The notes below the pieces were generated by a model. It saw only the letters and a list, made by a program, of their open reading frames with translations. It did no database searches and had not been told where the DNA came from. From Luteolibacter sp. (GTDB lineage: Bacteria > Verrucomicrobiota > Verrucomicrobiia > Verrucomicrobiales > Akkermansiaceae): a stretch of DNA of 64,000 bases. Made by a program: the position numbers and the translations under genes. The DNA lies in contig NZ_JBDSCX010000003.1 of NCBI RefSeq assembly GCF_039920825.1, forward strand, positions 25,385-89,384. Reading direction: 5' to 3'. Below are positions 25,260-35,376 of the stretch, piece after piece (positions within the stretch are counted from its first letter, which is position 1; every line of letters starts with the position of its first letter).

Positions 25260-27968
25260 TCAGTTAGCCGGCGCCTTCCAGATCAGCCGCACCGCGTCGA
25301 GCCGGACACGGGCGTTTCCGATGACGGAAGCGAGTTCCGCTTCGCGCAATTCGAGCATGGTGATTTCCTCCGGATTGATGTGGTCGTTCACCTCCGACAA
25401 ATCCCGCAGGCGGGCAATGGCAGCGGCCATTTCGTCGCGCATCTGTGCCATCGCGGTGCCGATGATGTCATGGCTCCTCCCGCTCCCGAGCTGGCGGGCA
25501 TGATCGAGCATGGCGGGCAGGAACGAGCGTTTCACTTTTTCATTCCGTAGCAATCCGGCGGCATCGCCTTTTCGCAGTGGAGGCCTTTCGAATACAGGAT
25601 TCGTCGAGTGATCTGTGCCCTTGTGATCAACCATGATTCGAAGCGGGGTTTGTGGCAAAAACCGCTCGACGTGCAGCTCCGCCGGAGCCACGCATTCCAC
25701 CACCAACCAGGCTTCCAAAAGGATCGTTTTTTCGCCCGGCGAGTCCCACACGGCGAAGGAGGCGTTGCCGGCTTCCGAACCTAACATGAGGTCCAGCGCG
25801 CCGCGCACCATCGGATGATCCCACGTGAGAAACGCTTCCTGCTCGCGTTCCAGCGCGCGTTGACGATCGAATGTCACGGTCATCCCCTCATGCGGCAGTG
25901 CGGGGAACGCATCGGATTTCAAATTCCCCGGCAGCAGGAAATAACGGCGCGGCCCGTGGTCCTCGATGTGCAGGCCCGAATATTCAAACAGCCGTAGCAA
26001 AAAGTCCTCGAAGTCCGCGCTCTCGTCCCACTCGCGGATACGTTTCACCAGCCAAGCCGATCTTTCGGGCCGATGAGAACTTCGTTCTAGCAGACGATCC
26101 TGCCCGTGTGCGAGTCGTTCCGAAATCTGCTTCCGGCAAGCGAGTGTTTTTTCAATCAGCTCGTCGATGCCTTCGCGTTCACCGATCGCTTCCTCCAGAT
26201 CGAAGCGCAGCTCGCGCTGGATTTCCGCCGCGCCGGGAGGGCTGGCGCGGAAGGCATCCAGTCCTTCCTCCAGCCAGCGCACGCGAACTTCATCGCCACT
26301 CCCGGGTTGATAGGGAACATGCACCTGGATCGTCCCACGCTGGCCGATGCGGTCGAGTCGTCCGATCCGTTGCTCCAACAGATCCACGTCCTCCGGCAGA
26401 TCGTAGAGAACGAGGTGCCGGGCGAATTGGAAGTTCCGTCCCTCGCTGCCGATTTCCGAGCAGACCAGAACCCGCGCGCCTTCCTCCTCGGCGAAAAACG
26501 CTGCGTTGCGGTCGCGCTGGAGCAGTGAAAGATCTTCATGAAACAAGGCTCCAACCACGCCCGTGGTATCGCGGAGCTGTTCAAGAACCTCTTCCGCAAG
26601 TTCGCGGGTGCGGGTGATGACGAGAATTTTTTCTTCGGCCAGTTTTGCTAACAAATCGCAAAGCCATTTCAATTTGTCGTCCACCGGAGCAAGGCGTGGC
26701 TCGCGCTCAGGAAATCCACCGAGTTTGGTCCGCGTATTGCGGAACATCACGCGGCCGACACCGAAGCTGTCCAACAGATCGGAAATCAATCGCTCGCGGG
26801 CGTCCGGTTTTCCATCGATCAAATCCCGCACCCTGTTTTCCAAACGTCCGCGTCCGGCGACGAATGCTTTCAGTGTTTCGTCCGGCATTTTGCCAACTGC
26901 CAGAGCTTCGACGAAATTCGCGACCTCTTCATAATGTTGGGTTTCCTCGCGGTATTTTTCCAAATCCGAATGTCGCTCCGGGTCCAACAGCTGAAGCCGC
27001 GCGAAGTGTCCTTCCGGTCCGAGCTGTTGAGGCGTGGCAGTTAGGAGAAGCAACCCCTCCGTGATCTCCGCAAGGCCGCGCACCATTTCGTAGGCTGTGC
27101 CGGGATTGCCCGGCGACCATTCGAGGTGGTGTGCCTCATCAACGACGAGCACATCCCATCCCGCCTCGCGGGCCTGTGCCGCGCGGCGTTCGTCATTCGC
27201 CAGGAAATCCACCGCGGCGAGCACCCATTGGCTATCGATGAAGGGGTTGCATTCGGGATCGCCATACTCGATGGCCTCGCAGCGCTCCTCGTCGAAGATG
27301 CTGAAGGAGAGCTGGAAACGTCGCAGCAGCTCCACGAACCATTGATGCACCAGCGGCTCCGGGACGAGGATGAGCACGCGCTGGGCCCGGCCAGTTAGGA
27401 TTAGGCGATGCAGGATGAGGCACGCTTCAATGGTTTTTCCGAGTCCCACCTGATCCGCTAACAAAACTCTGGGACGCGGCCGGTTCGCCACCTCATCTGC
27501 GATGAAAAGCTGGTGAGGAATGAGATCCATCCTCGCCCCAGCCAAGCCGCGGATCGGCGCGCGCCGCATTTCCGCGCGCCGGCGGAGAGCTTCGCCACGC
27601 AGATCGAAATCACCCAGCTCGTCGAGCTTGCCGCCGAAGAGTCGGTCCTGCGGCTTGCTGAAGCTGATGGAGTCGGAGAGTTCGGCTTCCTTGGTTTCGC
27701 CGGAGCCGGTCTGATAGATGAGCAGTCCGTTCTCCTCCCTGACGCTGAGCACCTCCATTTCCTCGCCGGAGTGGACCTTGATCCTGTCACCGGGCAGGAA
27801 TTTCACCCGTCGCAGCGGCGCGGTGTCGGTGGCGTAGCAGCGCATCTCCCCAGCGGCGGGAAAACGGATGTCCACGCGACCGCCGCCACTGGCCGTGATG
27901 ATGCCGAGACCGAGTTCCGGCTCGCTGTCGCTGACCCAGCGCTGGCCGCGCGTCCACGTGTTTTCCAT
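25260..27968 (-). CDS. rapA: RNA polymerase recycling SWI2/SNF2 ATPase RapA/HepA
   Basis: GQRWVSDSEPELGLG start, GLGKTIEA, VVDEAHH, LLLTATP, SEIGSEGRNFQFA, LEQRIGRLDRIGQ. Confidence 0.93.
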   Translation of the reverse strand: MENTWTRGQRWVSDSEPELGLGIITASGGGRVDIRFPAAGEMRCYATDTAPLRRVKFLPGDRIKVHSGEEMEVLSVREENGLLIYQTGSGETKEAELSDSISFSKPQDRLFGGKLDELGDFDLRGEALRRRAEMRRAPIRGLAGARMDLIPHQLFIADEVANRPRPRVLLADQVGLGKTIEACLILHRLILTGRAQRVLILVPEPLVHQWFVELLRRFQLSFSIFDEERCEAIEYGDPECNPFIDSQWVLAAVDFLANDERRAAQAREAGWDVLVVDEAHHLEWSPGNPGTAYEMVRGLAEITEGLLLLTATPQQLGPEGHFARLQLLDPERHSDLEKYREETQHYEEVANFVEALAVGKMPDETLKAFVAGRGRLENRVRDLIDGKPDARERLISDLLDSFGVGRVMFRNTRTKLGGFPEREPRLAPVDDKLKWLCDLLAKLAEEKILVITRTRELAEEVLEQLRDTTGVVGALFHEDLSLLQRDRNAAFFAEEEGARVLVCSEIGSEGRNFQFARHLVLYDLPEDVDLLEQRIGRLDRIGQRGTIQVHVPYQPGSGDEVRVRWLEEGLDAFRASPPGAAEIQRELRFDLEEAIGEREGIDELIEKTLACRKQISERLAHGQDRLLERSSHRPERSAWLVKRIREWDESADFEDFLLRLFEYSGLHIEDHGPRRYFLLPGNLKSDAFPALPHEGMTVTFDRQRALEREQEAFLTWDHPMVRGALDLMLGSEAGNASFAVWDSPGEKTILLEAWLVVECVAPAELHVERFLPQTPLRIMVDHKGTDHSTNPVFERPPLRKGDAAGLLRNEKVKRSFLPAMLDHARQLGSGRSHDIIGTAMAQMRDEMAAAIARLRDLSEVNDHINPEEITMLELREAELASVIGNARVRLDAVRLIWKAPAN

Positions 27969-28241
27969 CCTGCCTTGCTCCACCATTTTACCCAAACGAA
28001 CTGCTTTCGGGAAAAAAGGGAAGCGCAAAGCCTGTGCTCCAAGGCATCTGGATTTTGGAAGACCAACCGAATGGACGTCGAAGAACACAGACTGCGCCGG
28101 ATTCGGGTCAAACCGGTGCAAATTCGCCATTTGCCTGTGTCGTTCAGAATCGAGTCCGCAACCCGGCACGGAGCGCTTGGCTGTGGACGATACGTTGCCT
28201 CACCTTCAAGCCATGGAGAGCTTCCTCATGATAGTTGCCAG

Positions 28242-28868
28242 TCACGATTTGGAAAAAAGCTCCTGACAAAGCATGCAGCGCTTTCCGTCACATCCACGAG
28301 CGGTGCAATATTCGCGGCCGTAGAAGATGATCTGAAGGTGGAGCTTGTTCCACGTGTTGCGCGGGAAGAGCTTTTTCAAATCGCGCTCGGTCTCGACGAC
28401 GTTTTTTCCGGAGGTGAGTTTCCAGCGCGTGGCGAGGCGGTGGATGTGGGTATCGACAGGGAACGCGGGGACTCCGAAGGATTGTGCCATCACGACGGAG
28501 GCGGTCTTGTGGCCTACGCCGGGAAGGGCTTCGAGCGCGGCAAAATCCTGCGGAACCTCGCCGCCGTGTTTTTCTACCAGAATTTTCGAAAGCTCGGAAA
28601 TGGCGGCGGACTTGCGGGGTGATAGACCGCAGGGACGGATGATCGCTTGGATTTTTCCCAACGGAACATGCATCATGTCGTGCGGGTTGTCGGCGAGTTT
28701 GAAAAGGGCGGGTGTGACCAGATTGACGCGGACGTCGGTGCATTGCGCGGACAGCAACACGGCGATCAGCAAGGTGTAGGGATCCTTGTGGTCGAGCGGA
28801 ATCGGCGTTTCCGGATAGAGTTCTTCGAGCCGCCGCCGGACGTGGTCGGCGCGTTGTTGCTTGAGCAT
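28242..28868 (-). CDS. nth: Endonuclease III
   Basis: LLIAVLLSAQCTDVRVN, HhH LPGVGHKTASVV, FPVDTHIHR. Confidence 0.95.
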   Translation of the reverse strand: MLKQQRADHVRRRLEELYPETPIPLDHKDPYTLLIAVLLSAQCTDVRVNLVTPALFKLADNPHDMMHVPLGKIQAIIRPCGLSPRKSAAISELSKILVEKHGGEVPQDFAALEALPGVGHKTASVVMAQSFGVPAFPVDTHIHRLATRWKLTSGKNVVETERDLKKLFPRNTWNKLHLQIIFYGREYCTARGCDGKRCMLCQELFSKS

Positions 28869-28941
28869 GCGCGAGTGTTTCGCGTGAAGGACGGGGATGC
28901 AAGGCGGGGCAAATTTTTGAGAGACGGAAAAAATCCTTGCT

Positions 28942-28966
28942 AGTGTTACAACGTAACTGTAACACC
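28942..28966. promoter_or_regulatory. Palindromic operator upstream of the GntR gene (YtrA-type spacing)
   Basis: GTGTTACA-acgtaac-TGTAACAC perfect 8-bp inverted repeat ending ~15 bp before the ATG. The outer hexamers are 13 nt apart, as in the YtrA site AGTGTA-N13-TACACT as I recall it. Confidence 0.7.
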
Positions 28967-28980
28967 TATAACACAAGCCA

Positions 28981-29358
28981 ATGCTCCCCTTTTCCTTCCA
29001 GCTCCGCGATGGCGATCCGGTCTCCGACCAAATCGTCCGTGCCGCCCACCGCGCTTTGGCGAGCGGCGAGCTGCGGGAGGGTGACCTGTTTCCTTCCGTC
29101 CGCGCGTTGGCGCAGGAGCTGAAAATTTCCCCGACCACAGCGCACAAGGTGATGCAGCAATTGAAAGACCTCGGCTTCCTCGTCAGCCGGCCGGGCATCG
29201 GAATGGTCGTGCAGGCCCCTCAACTTCCGGCCTTGGAACAACGCCTTGCCATGATGGAGCCGGCGGCCCGCCGGTTTCTCGACGAGGCCCGCTCATTGCA
29301 TCTCACCGCCGACGACTTGGAGCTGCTGCTCCGTCGTCTCCAGGATCCCAACCGCTAA
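28981..29358 (+). CDS. GntR family regulator (YtrA subfamily)
   Basis: PVSDQIVRA..ALASGEL.EGDLFPSVRALAQELKISPTTAHKV, 125 aa. Confidence 0.92.
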   Translation: MLPFSFQLRDGDPVSDQIVRAAHRALASGELREGDLFPSVRALAQELKISPTTAHKVMQQLKDLGFLVSRPGIGMVVQAPQLPALEQRLAMMEPAARRFLDEARSLHLTADDLELLLRRLQDPNR

Positions 29359-29363
29359 AATTC

Positions 29364-30266
29364 ATGATCACCATCCGCAGCCTTCAAAAACGCTTCCAAG
29401 GCAACGATGCCCTGCGTGGCGTCGATCTCGACATCCCGCAGGGAAAAGTCACCGCCTTCCTCGGTCCTAACGGCGCGGGCAAGACGACGACCATCAAGTG
29501 CGCGATGAACCTCATCGACCGCGATTCCGGCGAGGTGTCGGTGATGGAAACCGATGCCCGCGAGCTGGGTCCGAAGCAATGGCAGCGGATCGGTTACGTT
29601 TCGGAAAACCGATTGATGCCGGAGTGGATGACGGTGCCGAAGCTGCTCGACTACGTGAGGCCGATGTATGGCGAATTCTGGGACCGGGATTTCGAGAAAA
29701 AGTTGCTCGCGGGATTCGAGCTGCCGTTGAAAACCAAGCTGCGCTCGCTCTCCCGTGGCCAGAAAATGAAAGCAGCGCTGCTCACCGCGCTGGCCTACCG
29801 GCCGCAGCTCATCGTCCTCGACGAACCCTTCACCGGCCTTGATCCGCTGGTGCGCGACGAATTTCTAACCGGCCTGCTTGAACTCACCGAAACCGAAGGC
29901 TGGACTGTGTGGATTTCCTCGCACGACATCGAGGAGGTCGAGCGCTTCGCCGACCGCGTGGCGATCCTCAACAGCGGGCGGGTGGACTTGCAGGAGGACG
30001 TCGAAACGTTGCAGGCCCGCTTCCGTGCCATCGAGCTGTGGTTCGACGACACCGCCACCTTGCCGGGAAATCTGCCGGAAACGTGGATCAATGCTCAAGC
30101 GAACGGCCGGACCATCCGTTTCATCGACACCCACCACGACGAGGCCAGATTTTCTGGAATGTTAGTATCTATCTTCCCCGGCCATCAACGTTACGAAGCC
30201 CGCCGCATGACCTTGCGCGAGATCTTTGTGGCCCTCGCCCGCAACTATCGCACTCAACCTTACTGA
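29364..30266 (+). CDS. ABC transporter ATP-binding protein (YtrB-like)
   Basis: GPNGAGKTT, LSRGQ, LDEPFTGLDP, SSH. Confidence 0.93.
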   Translation: MITIRSLQKRFQGNDALRGVDLDIPQGKVTAFLGPNGAGKTTTIKCAMNLIDRDSGEVSVMETDARELGPKQWQRIGYVSENRLMPEWMTVPKLLDYVRPMYGEFWDRDFEKKLLAGFELPLKTKLRSLSRGQKMKAALLTALAYRPQLIVLDEPFTGLDPLVRDEFLTGLLELTETEGWTVWISSHDIEEVERFADRVAILNSGRVDLQEDVETLQARFRAIELWFDDTATLPGNLPETWINAQANGRTIRFIDTHHDEARFSGMLVSIFPGHQRYEARRMTLREIFVALARNYRTQPY

Positions 30267-30270
30267 ACTC

Positions 30271-31902
30271 ATGCCGCGCTCACCACTCACCCTTGCCCTC
30301 GGTCTCGCGATCGTAGCCGGCTTTTTCATCTTCCTCCTGTGGCCCGGTCAAGAGTTGCAGGAATGGGGGCTATACGCGGCGATGTCGCTACCTGTCATCA
30401 TCGGATTGTTCACATGGTGTGCGGTGCGGGATGCTCCGCCGCTGGATGACCAGGCCTTCCACCGCACGCTGCCGCCGGGGGATGGTCATGCTTTTAGAAA
30501 GGTGCTCGCCATGCATGGCTGGGTGTTGCTCGGCATCGCGCTCTCCGAGGTGATCTATTGCTGGATCTATAACTTTGGTTGGCCGGTGATGTCCTACGGC
30601 TTGTTGATACTGACATTGCCGGTGTGGGGCCTGATGGGGGCGCTTGGCGTCGCTTCAAGCCTGGCGACCTCCCGCCAATTCGGAAAAACCTGGGGCTACG
30701 CTGCGGTATTCGGGCTGCCGCTGGTCTCGGCTGCGATCCCCTATCATCTCCGTGACGGATTCCGGCCTGAGGAATACGCCGGAGACCAATATTTCAACTC
30801 CCACCGTATGATCGTGCTGGTTGCGACGGTTCTCTATCCGATGATCTGGTGGTTGGCGGCGGTTCGACGTCGGAATGTGACGGCGCTGTGCCTGTCGGCA
30901 GTGATCGGTGCCTTGATCCCGGTGATCCATGTTTACGGCGGGTTCTTCAATGCATCGGAAGTCTCTGCGCCGGAACAGCCCGAGGTGCCCAGAGTATCTA
31001 TCGAACGCAAGTTCGTCCCGCCGGGCGACGATCGTTGGATTCCCATCGAATCCATGATCTCGGTGGGTGGCCTTCGCGATGGAGAAATCATCCAACTCGG
31101 GAGAATGGGGGCGGATAGTCGATACATTCGTTTCTACGGAGTGCCCGATGACGAGCGGCTGAGGGAAGAAGGTTTGTTCAATGCCTATTCGTTGAAGGCG
31201 TCCATGGAAAACGGACAAATCACCTGGGGCGAGGCCGCGGTGTGGAGGCAGCTCCAGAAGCAGCTTCCCGGGCTTGAAACTCTCGATTACTTGGGCGGAG
31301 GAATGGATGTGCCCATGCATGTTTCCACTCTCCGGCCAGGCGAGACCGCGCTGATCCGCCAAAGAGGGGAACGCTCGAATCTCAAGCCGCAGTCGTTTGA
31401 ACAGAAAGTGACCGAAGAGGATTTGAACTCCGCCATGTGGGGATCCATCGGAGCATCGGTCTATAAATTCGAGAAGGTGGGTGTGGTGAAGGTGGCGAAT
31501 GGTGGCGATATCCGTCTGCCGCAGGGTGGCCTGCTCCGAATCGATCCACTGGCTCGGGAAAAAGGACATATTTCCATCCGGATGGAGAATTTCCAACAGG
31601 CCATGGTAGATGCGGATGGACCGTGGTTTGGAATAAAGGGGGAGGAACAGTTTTGGCCAGGGCAACCGTGGTTGGTCGCAGTGGACAGCTCCGGGAAGCA
31701 CGCCTTTGCGCTATCCGAATTTTTTTACGAAAACGGCAGAAGGTCTCTGTTAGGTCGGGTGATCGTCTGTGGCTTCCAAGCGGAAGACGTGTCGGAAACC
31801 GAGAATCTTGCCCGCATTGAAATGCTGCGCGGCTGCAGCCTCCACGTGTTTTTTCCAAAGGTGGAAGGTCAGTTTCTACAGAGTCTGCCGCCGCCACGAT
31901 GA
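30271..31902 (+). CDS. Multi-TM membrane protein with large soluble C-terminal domain (probable ABC permease)
   Basis: About 7-8 hydrophobic segments in the first 240 aa. Directly follows the ATPase gene. Confidence 0.65.
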   Translation: MPRSPLTLALGLAIVAGFFIFLLWPGQELQEWGLYAAMSLPVIIGLFTWCAVRDAPPLDDQAFHRTLPPGDGHAFRKVLAMHGWVLLGIALSEVIYCWIYNFGWPVMSYGLLILTLPVWGLMGALGVASSLATSRQFGKTWGYAAVFGLPLVSAAIPYHLRDGFRPEEYAGDQYFNSHRMIVLVATVLYPMIWWLAAVRRRNVTALCLSAVIGALIPVIHVYGGFFNASEVSAPEQPEVPRVSIERKFVPPGDDRWIPIESMISVGGLRDGEIIQLGRMGADSRYIRFYGVPDDERLREEGLFNAYSLKASMENGQITWGEAAVWRQLQKQLPGLETLDYLGGGMDVPMHVSTLRPGETALIRQRGERSNLKPQSFEQKVTEEDLNSAMWGSIGASVYKFEKVGVVKVANGGDIRLPQGGLLRIDPLAREKGHISIRMENFQQAMVDADGPWFGIKGEEQFWPGQPWLVAVDSSGKHAFALSEFFYENGRRSLLGRVIVCGFQAEDVSETENLARIEMLRGCSLHVFFPKVEGQFLQSLPPPR

Positions 31903-31955
31903 CGAAAGGCGGGCCGGAGCTTGTGGCTGCGGTGAAATGGAACCACACTCGCTCC

Positions 31956-32729
31956 ATGCGAAAACGCTGGCTCATCCCGATCGCGCTGCTGGCCTTGGCC
32001 GGTGGCGCGGGGTGGTGGTTTCGCGGGGCGTTGGGCACCTGGATCCATTCGAATTTGGGCGGCGTGGAGTCGGTCCTGCTGAAAAGGCCCAAGCCGGATC
32101 CGAAGACTTACGCCACTCTAACTAACGATCTCGAACGCCGGAGGAAGGATCTGGCGGCTCGTCATGCCAAAGCGAAAACCGCAGGGGAGCGGGCGGCAAT
32201 CGAAGCGGATGCCCGGGCCCTGTTGGAGACATCGTTGCCGGCGATGATGCGTTGCTGGCTCGGCACGCCGTGGGATTTCAACGGGACGGCGAAAGGGCCG
32301 GGGGATGGCAAAATTGCCTGTGGTTATTTCGTGGCGACGGTTTTGAAAGATGCCGGATTCCAAGTGGATCGCTATCAGCTCGCACAGCAGGCGTCGGAAA
32401 ACATTTTACGCTCGTTCATTCCGCGCGAGTCCTGTGCGTTGAGCGTTGGCAAGGAATTCAAATCATTCGCCGAGGAAGTCGGGAAACGCGAACCCGGGGT
32501 GTATGTGATCGGACTCGACACCCATGTGGCCTTCATCGTCGTCGGGGATGGCGGCTTCCGGTTCATCCACTCCTCCGGCTCGAAACCTTGGTGCGTGGTC
32601 GATGAAAGCCCGGATCAGGCAGGCGTGTTGCAACGCTCGAATTGGCGGATGCTCGGCAATCTAACCGCCGATGCCGCCGTGCTGAGACATTGGCTGAAGG
32701 CGGACAAGATCGTGGTCCGCGGGACCTGA
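31956..32729 (+). CDS. NlpC/P60-like (papain-fold) membrane-anchored protein
   Basis: WLGTPWDFNG, IACGYFVATVLKDAG, DTHVAFIV, FIHSS (Cys/His pair). Confidence 0.65.
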   Translation: MRKRWLIPIALLALAGGAGWWFRGALGTWIHSNLGGVESVLLKRPKPDPKTYATLTNDLERRRKDLAARHAKAKTAGERAAIEADARALLETSLPAMMRCWLGTPWDFNGTAKGPGDGKIACGYFVATVLKDAGFQVDRYQLAQQASENILRSFIPRESCALSVGKEFKSFAEEVGKREPGVYVIGLDTHVAFIVVGDGGFRFIHSSGSKPWCVVDESPDQAGVLQRSNWRMLGNLTADAAVLRHWLKADKIVVRGT

Positions 32730-32734
32730 TTCGA

Positions 32735-34831
32735 TCAAGCCAACGCGGGTTCCGCCAGACCTGCGCGGACGAGGAGCGGTTCCTGGTCGGGATCGCGGCC
32801 CATGAAACGGCGGTAGAGTTCGTCGGGCGGGACGGAATTTCCCTTGCTGAGGATGTGCTCGCGGAAGGCGGCGCCGGTGTCGGAATTGAGCACGCCTTCT
32901 TTTTGAAAACGGGTGAACGCATCCGCATCGAGCACCTCGGCCCACTTGTAGGAATAGTAGCCCGCGGCATAACCGGTGGGGCTGCTGAAGAGGTGGTTGA
33001 AACGCCGCATCATCGAGGGCGGCTGGGTTTTCAGCGGAGCGAGATAATCGGCGAGTACTTCGCGGTCCACGGAATCGAGATCCTTGCCGGCGAAATCGGA
33101 TAGACGGATGTGGAGTTCCAGATCGAGCTTGGCGAACGCGAGCTGGCGCATGAAACCGGAGGCGCTCATGTAGTTTTTCGCGGCGACCATTTTCACGAAC
33201 AGATCTTCCGGGATCGCCTCTTCGGTTTCGAAATGGCGGGCGAAGAGATCGAGCGATTCGCGGTCCCAACAGAAATTCTCCATGATCTGCGAGGGCAGCT
33301 CGACGAAATCCCATGGGACATTCGTGCCCGCCAGCGATTTCACTGCGACCTCGCTGAGAAGGCCGTGGAGCAAGTGACCGAACTCATGGAAAATCGTTTC
33401 CACCTCCCGGTGTGTTAGGAGCGCCGGCTTGCCGTCCACCGGCGGGCTCATGTTGCCGATGATCAGGCCGAGGTGCGGTTCGCCGAGGGCTCCGGTGTGG
33501 AGCGAGTTCATCCAGGCTCCGCCGCGTTTCGATTCGCGTGGATGCCAATCGGCATAGAACGAACCGAGATGGGCAGAGGTTTTCGAATCATGGATCTCGT
33601 AGAATTTGCACTCGGGGTGCCATGTTTCTACGAGAGTTGATGGTTGAGAGTTGATGGTTGATAGAGAAGAACCGGGTTCGATGTAAACCGTTTCCAATTC
33701 GCGGATGGTGATGCCGAACAACCGCGAGGCGATTTCAAACATGCCGGCCATCACGCCATCGACCGGGAAATACGGACGCAGCGCTTCCTCGTCGAAATCG
33801 TAGTTTTCCTGGCGCTGTTTCTCCGCCCAGTAGCCGACTTCCCATGGTTCCAGAGCGTCCACCGGTTGGCCGGATTTCGCGGCCTTGTATTGGGCGAGCT
33901 GTTTGTATTCCGCGAGGAATTCCGGATGAATGCGGGCATGAAGGTTCTCGATGAAACCGAGGGCCGAGCCGCCGGTCTTCGCCATGCGGCGCAAGAGCGT
34001 TAGGTCGGCGAAGTGTTCGTGGCCGAGGATCTCCGCTTTTTCGTGACGCAGTTCGAGGATGCGCCAGACGAGCACGGTGTTGTCGTATTCGGCATAAGCA
34101 CCGACTTTCGATGATGCTTCCCACACCTGATGGCGGATTTCGGCATCGTGCAAATGCTGCATGATCGGGAACATCGACGGGAGCTGAAGCGTGAATCGCC
34201 AGGCGTTTTCATGGCCCTTCGACCGGGCGTTCGCGGCGGCACCGGCCTTGGCGGAATCGGGTAGGCCGGCAAGTTTTGTTTCGTCGGTGATGACGAGTTC
34301 CCACGCGTTGGTCGAGTCGAGCACGTGCTCGGAATACTCCTTCGTGATCTGCGAAAGCTCGGCCTCGATGGCTGCGATGCGTTCTTTTCGGTCGGCGGGG
34401 AGATCTGCGCCGGAGTTGCGGAAATCGGCGAGCGTTTCCTCGACGAAACGCTTTTGCACCGGCGGGAGCGTGGCGATTTCCGGACTTTCTCCCGCAGCTT
34501 TGATGATGGCCCACAGGCGGTCGTTGAGTGCGAGCGAAGAATAGAAATCGGTGACTTCGGGAAGCATTTTCCCAAGCGCCTCGCGTTGGGCGGGGTTGTC
34601 GCTAACAGAGTCGAGGTGGTTAAGTCGGCCCCAGCCGTCGTTGAGTTGCTCGCTGGCTTTTTCAAAAGCAAGGAAAGTGGATTCGAACGTCGCGGCGGCG
34701 GGATCCTGGGCGCAGATGGCTTCGATGTTGCGCTTCGCAAGCTCAAGAGCGCGGCGGATGTCGGGCTCAACAGCTTCGGGGATGAGCGTGGACCAGCGGA
34801 TGTGGAAATCGGGAGCGAGGAACGGGTGCAT
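32735..34831 (-). CDS. prlC: M3 family metallopeptidase, oligopeptidase A
   Basis: FYADWHPRESKRGGAWM, FHEFGH, VELPSQIMENF, GYYSYKWAEVLDADAF. Confidence 0.93.
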   Translation of the reverse strand: MHPFLAPDFHIRWSTLIPEAVEPDIRRALELAKRNIEAICAQDPAAATFESTFLAFEKASEQLNDGWGRLNHLDSVSDNPAQREALGKMLPEVTDFYSSLALNDRLWAIIKAAGESPEIATLPPVQKRFVEETLADFRNSGADLPADRKERIAAIEAELSQITKEYSEHVLDSTNAWELVITDETKLAGLPDSAKAGAAANARSKGHENAWRFTLQLPSMFPIMQHLHDAEIRHQVWEASSKVGAYAEYDNTVLVWRILELRHEKAEILGHEHFADLTLLRRMAKTGGSALGFIENLHARIHPEFLAEYKQLAQYKAAKSGQPVDALEPWEVGYWAEKQRQENYDFDEEALRPYFPVDGVMAGMFEIASRLFGITIRELETVYIEPGSSLSTINSQPSTLVETWHPECKFYEIHDSKTSAHLGSFYADWHPRESKRGGAWMNSLHTGALGEPHLGLIIGNMSPPVDGKPALLTHREVETIFHEFGHLLHGLLSEVAVKSLAGTNVPWDFVELPSQIMENFCWDRESLDLFARHFETEEAIPEDLFVKMVAAKNYMSASGFMRQLAFAKLDLELHIRLSDFAGKDLDSVDREVLADYLAPLKTQPPSMMRRFNHLFSSPTGYAAGYYSYKWAEVLDADAFTRFQKEGVLNSDTGAAFREHILSKGNSVPPDELYRRFMGRDPDQEPLLVRAGLAEPALA
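33632..33667. repeat. Heptamer-based tandem repeat inserted in frame in prlC
   Basis: (gagagttgatggtt)x2 + gatagaga. Encodes SLSTINSQPSTL. The same motif occurs at 39135..39220. Confidence 0.85.
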
Positions 34832-35190
34832 GCGGGGAAGATTGTGTGAATTCGGTATTCAGTAAAAAGTGGCGGGGCGTATCTTCGGTGGAGAACCGAG
34901 GTTGTCCATTCTTTGATGGCGGAGTATTGGGACAGGAGGCAAATCAAGCCGGACTATTTCCACCTCCCGCCAAGCTCGCTCACCAGCCGCGCTACCTCGG
35001 GCCGTCGTTTGAAAACCCGCCCGTTCCATCCGAGCCGGAGCTCGTGCCGATATTCGTCGAGACCGGGCAGTGACTGGGTGTGTGGCAACCATTCCTTGCA
35101 TCACCCAGATCAAATACGCCTCATGTCCGGTCACCTAATGTATCGAACCGGGACTCGCCCAAGGAATGTAAGGAACACTTTCCTGTTCGC

Positions 35191-35376
35191 CTACGGCTCG
35201 GGAATCCCCAGATCCTTGCAAATCTTCTTCACCAAGAGGTCGTTGACTTCGGCATGACGGGGAACCGCGGAACGACGGTTGGTCGTGCGGTTTCTCCACC
35301 ATGAATGATTTCCTCCTTCGCGGACCAGTTCGCAATCGTGTTTGGCCAAGTGGCTGATGAACGCCCGCCGCTTCAT
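35191..35376 (-). CDS. hicA: HicA family toxin
   Basis: 61 aa, LVREGGNHSWW (GxH), VPRHAEV..LVKKICKDLGI. Confidence 0.9.
   Translation of the reverse strand: MKRRAFISHLAKHDCELVREGGNHSWWRNRTTNRRSAVPRHAEVNDLLVKKICKDLGIPEP

Noticed and set aside
27420-27480. RapA reads ADQVGLGKT instead of ADEVGLGKT
   Set aside because: Walker A Lys/Thr and the DEAH Walker B are intact. A single substitution is not evidence of inactivation.
34859-35134. Short ORFs between prlC and hicA (possible gene remnant, e.g. LPGLDEYRHELRLGWNGRVF)
   Set aside because: No clear start or recognisable family, so it cannot be called a pseudogene from sequence alone.
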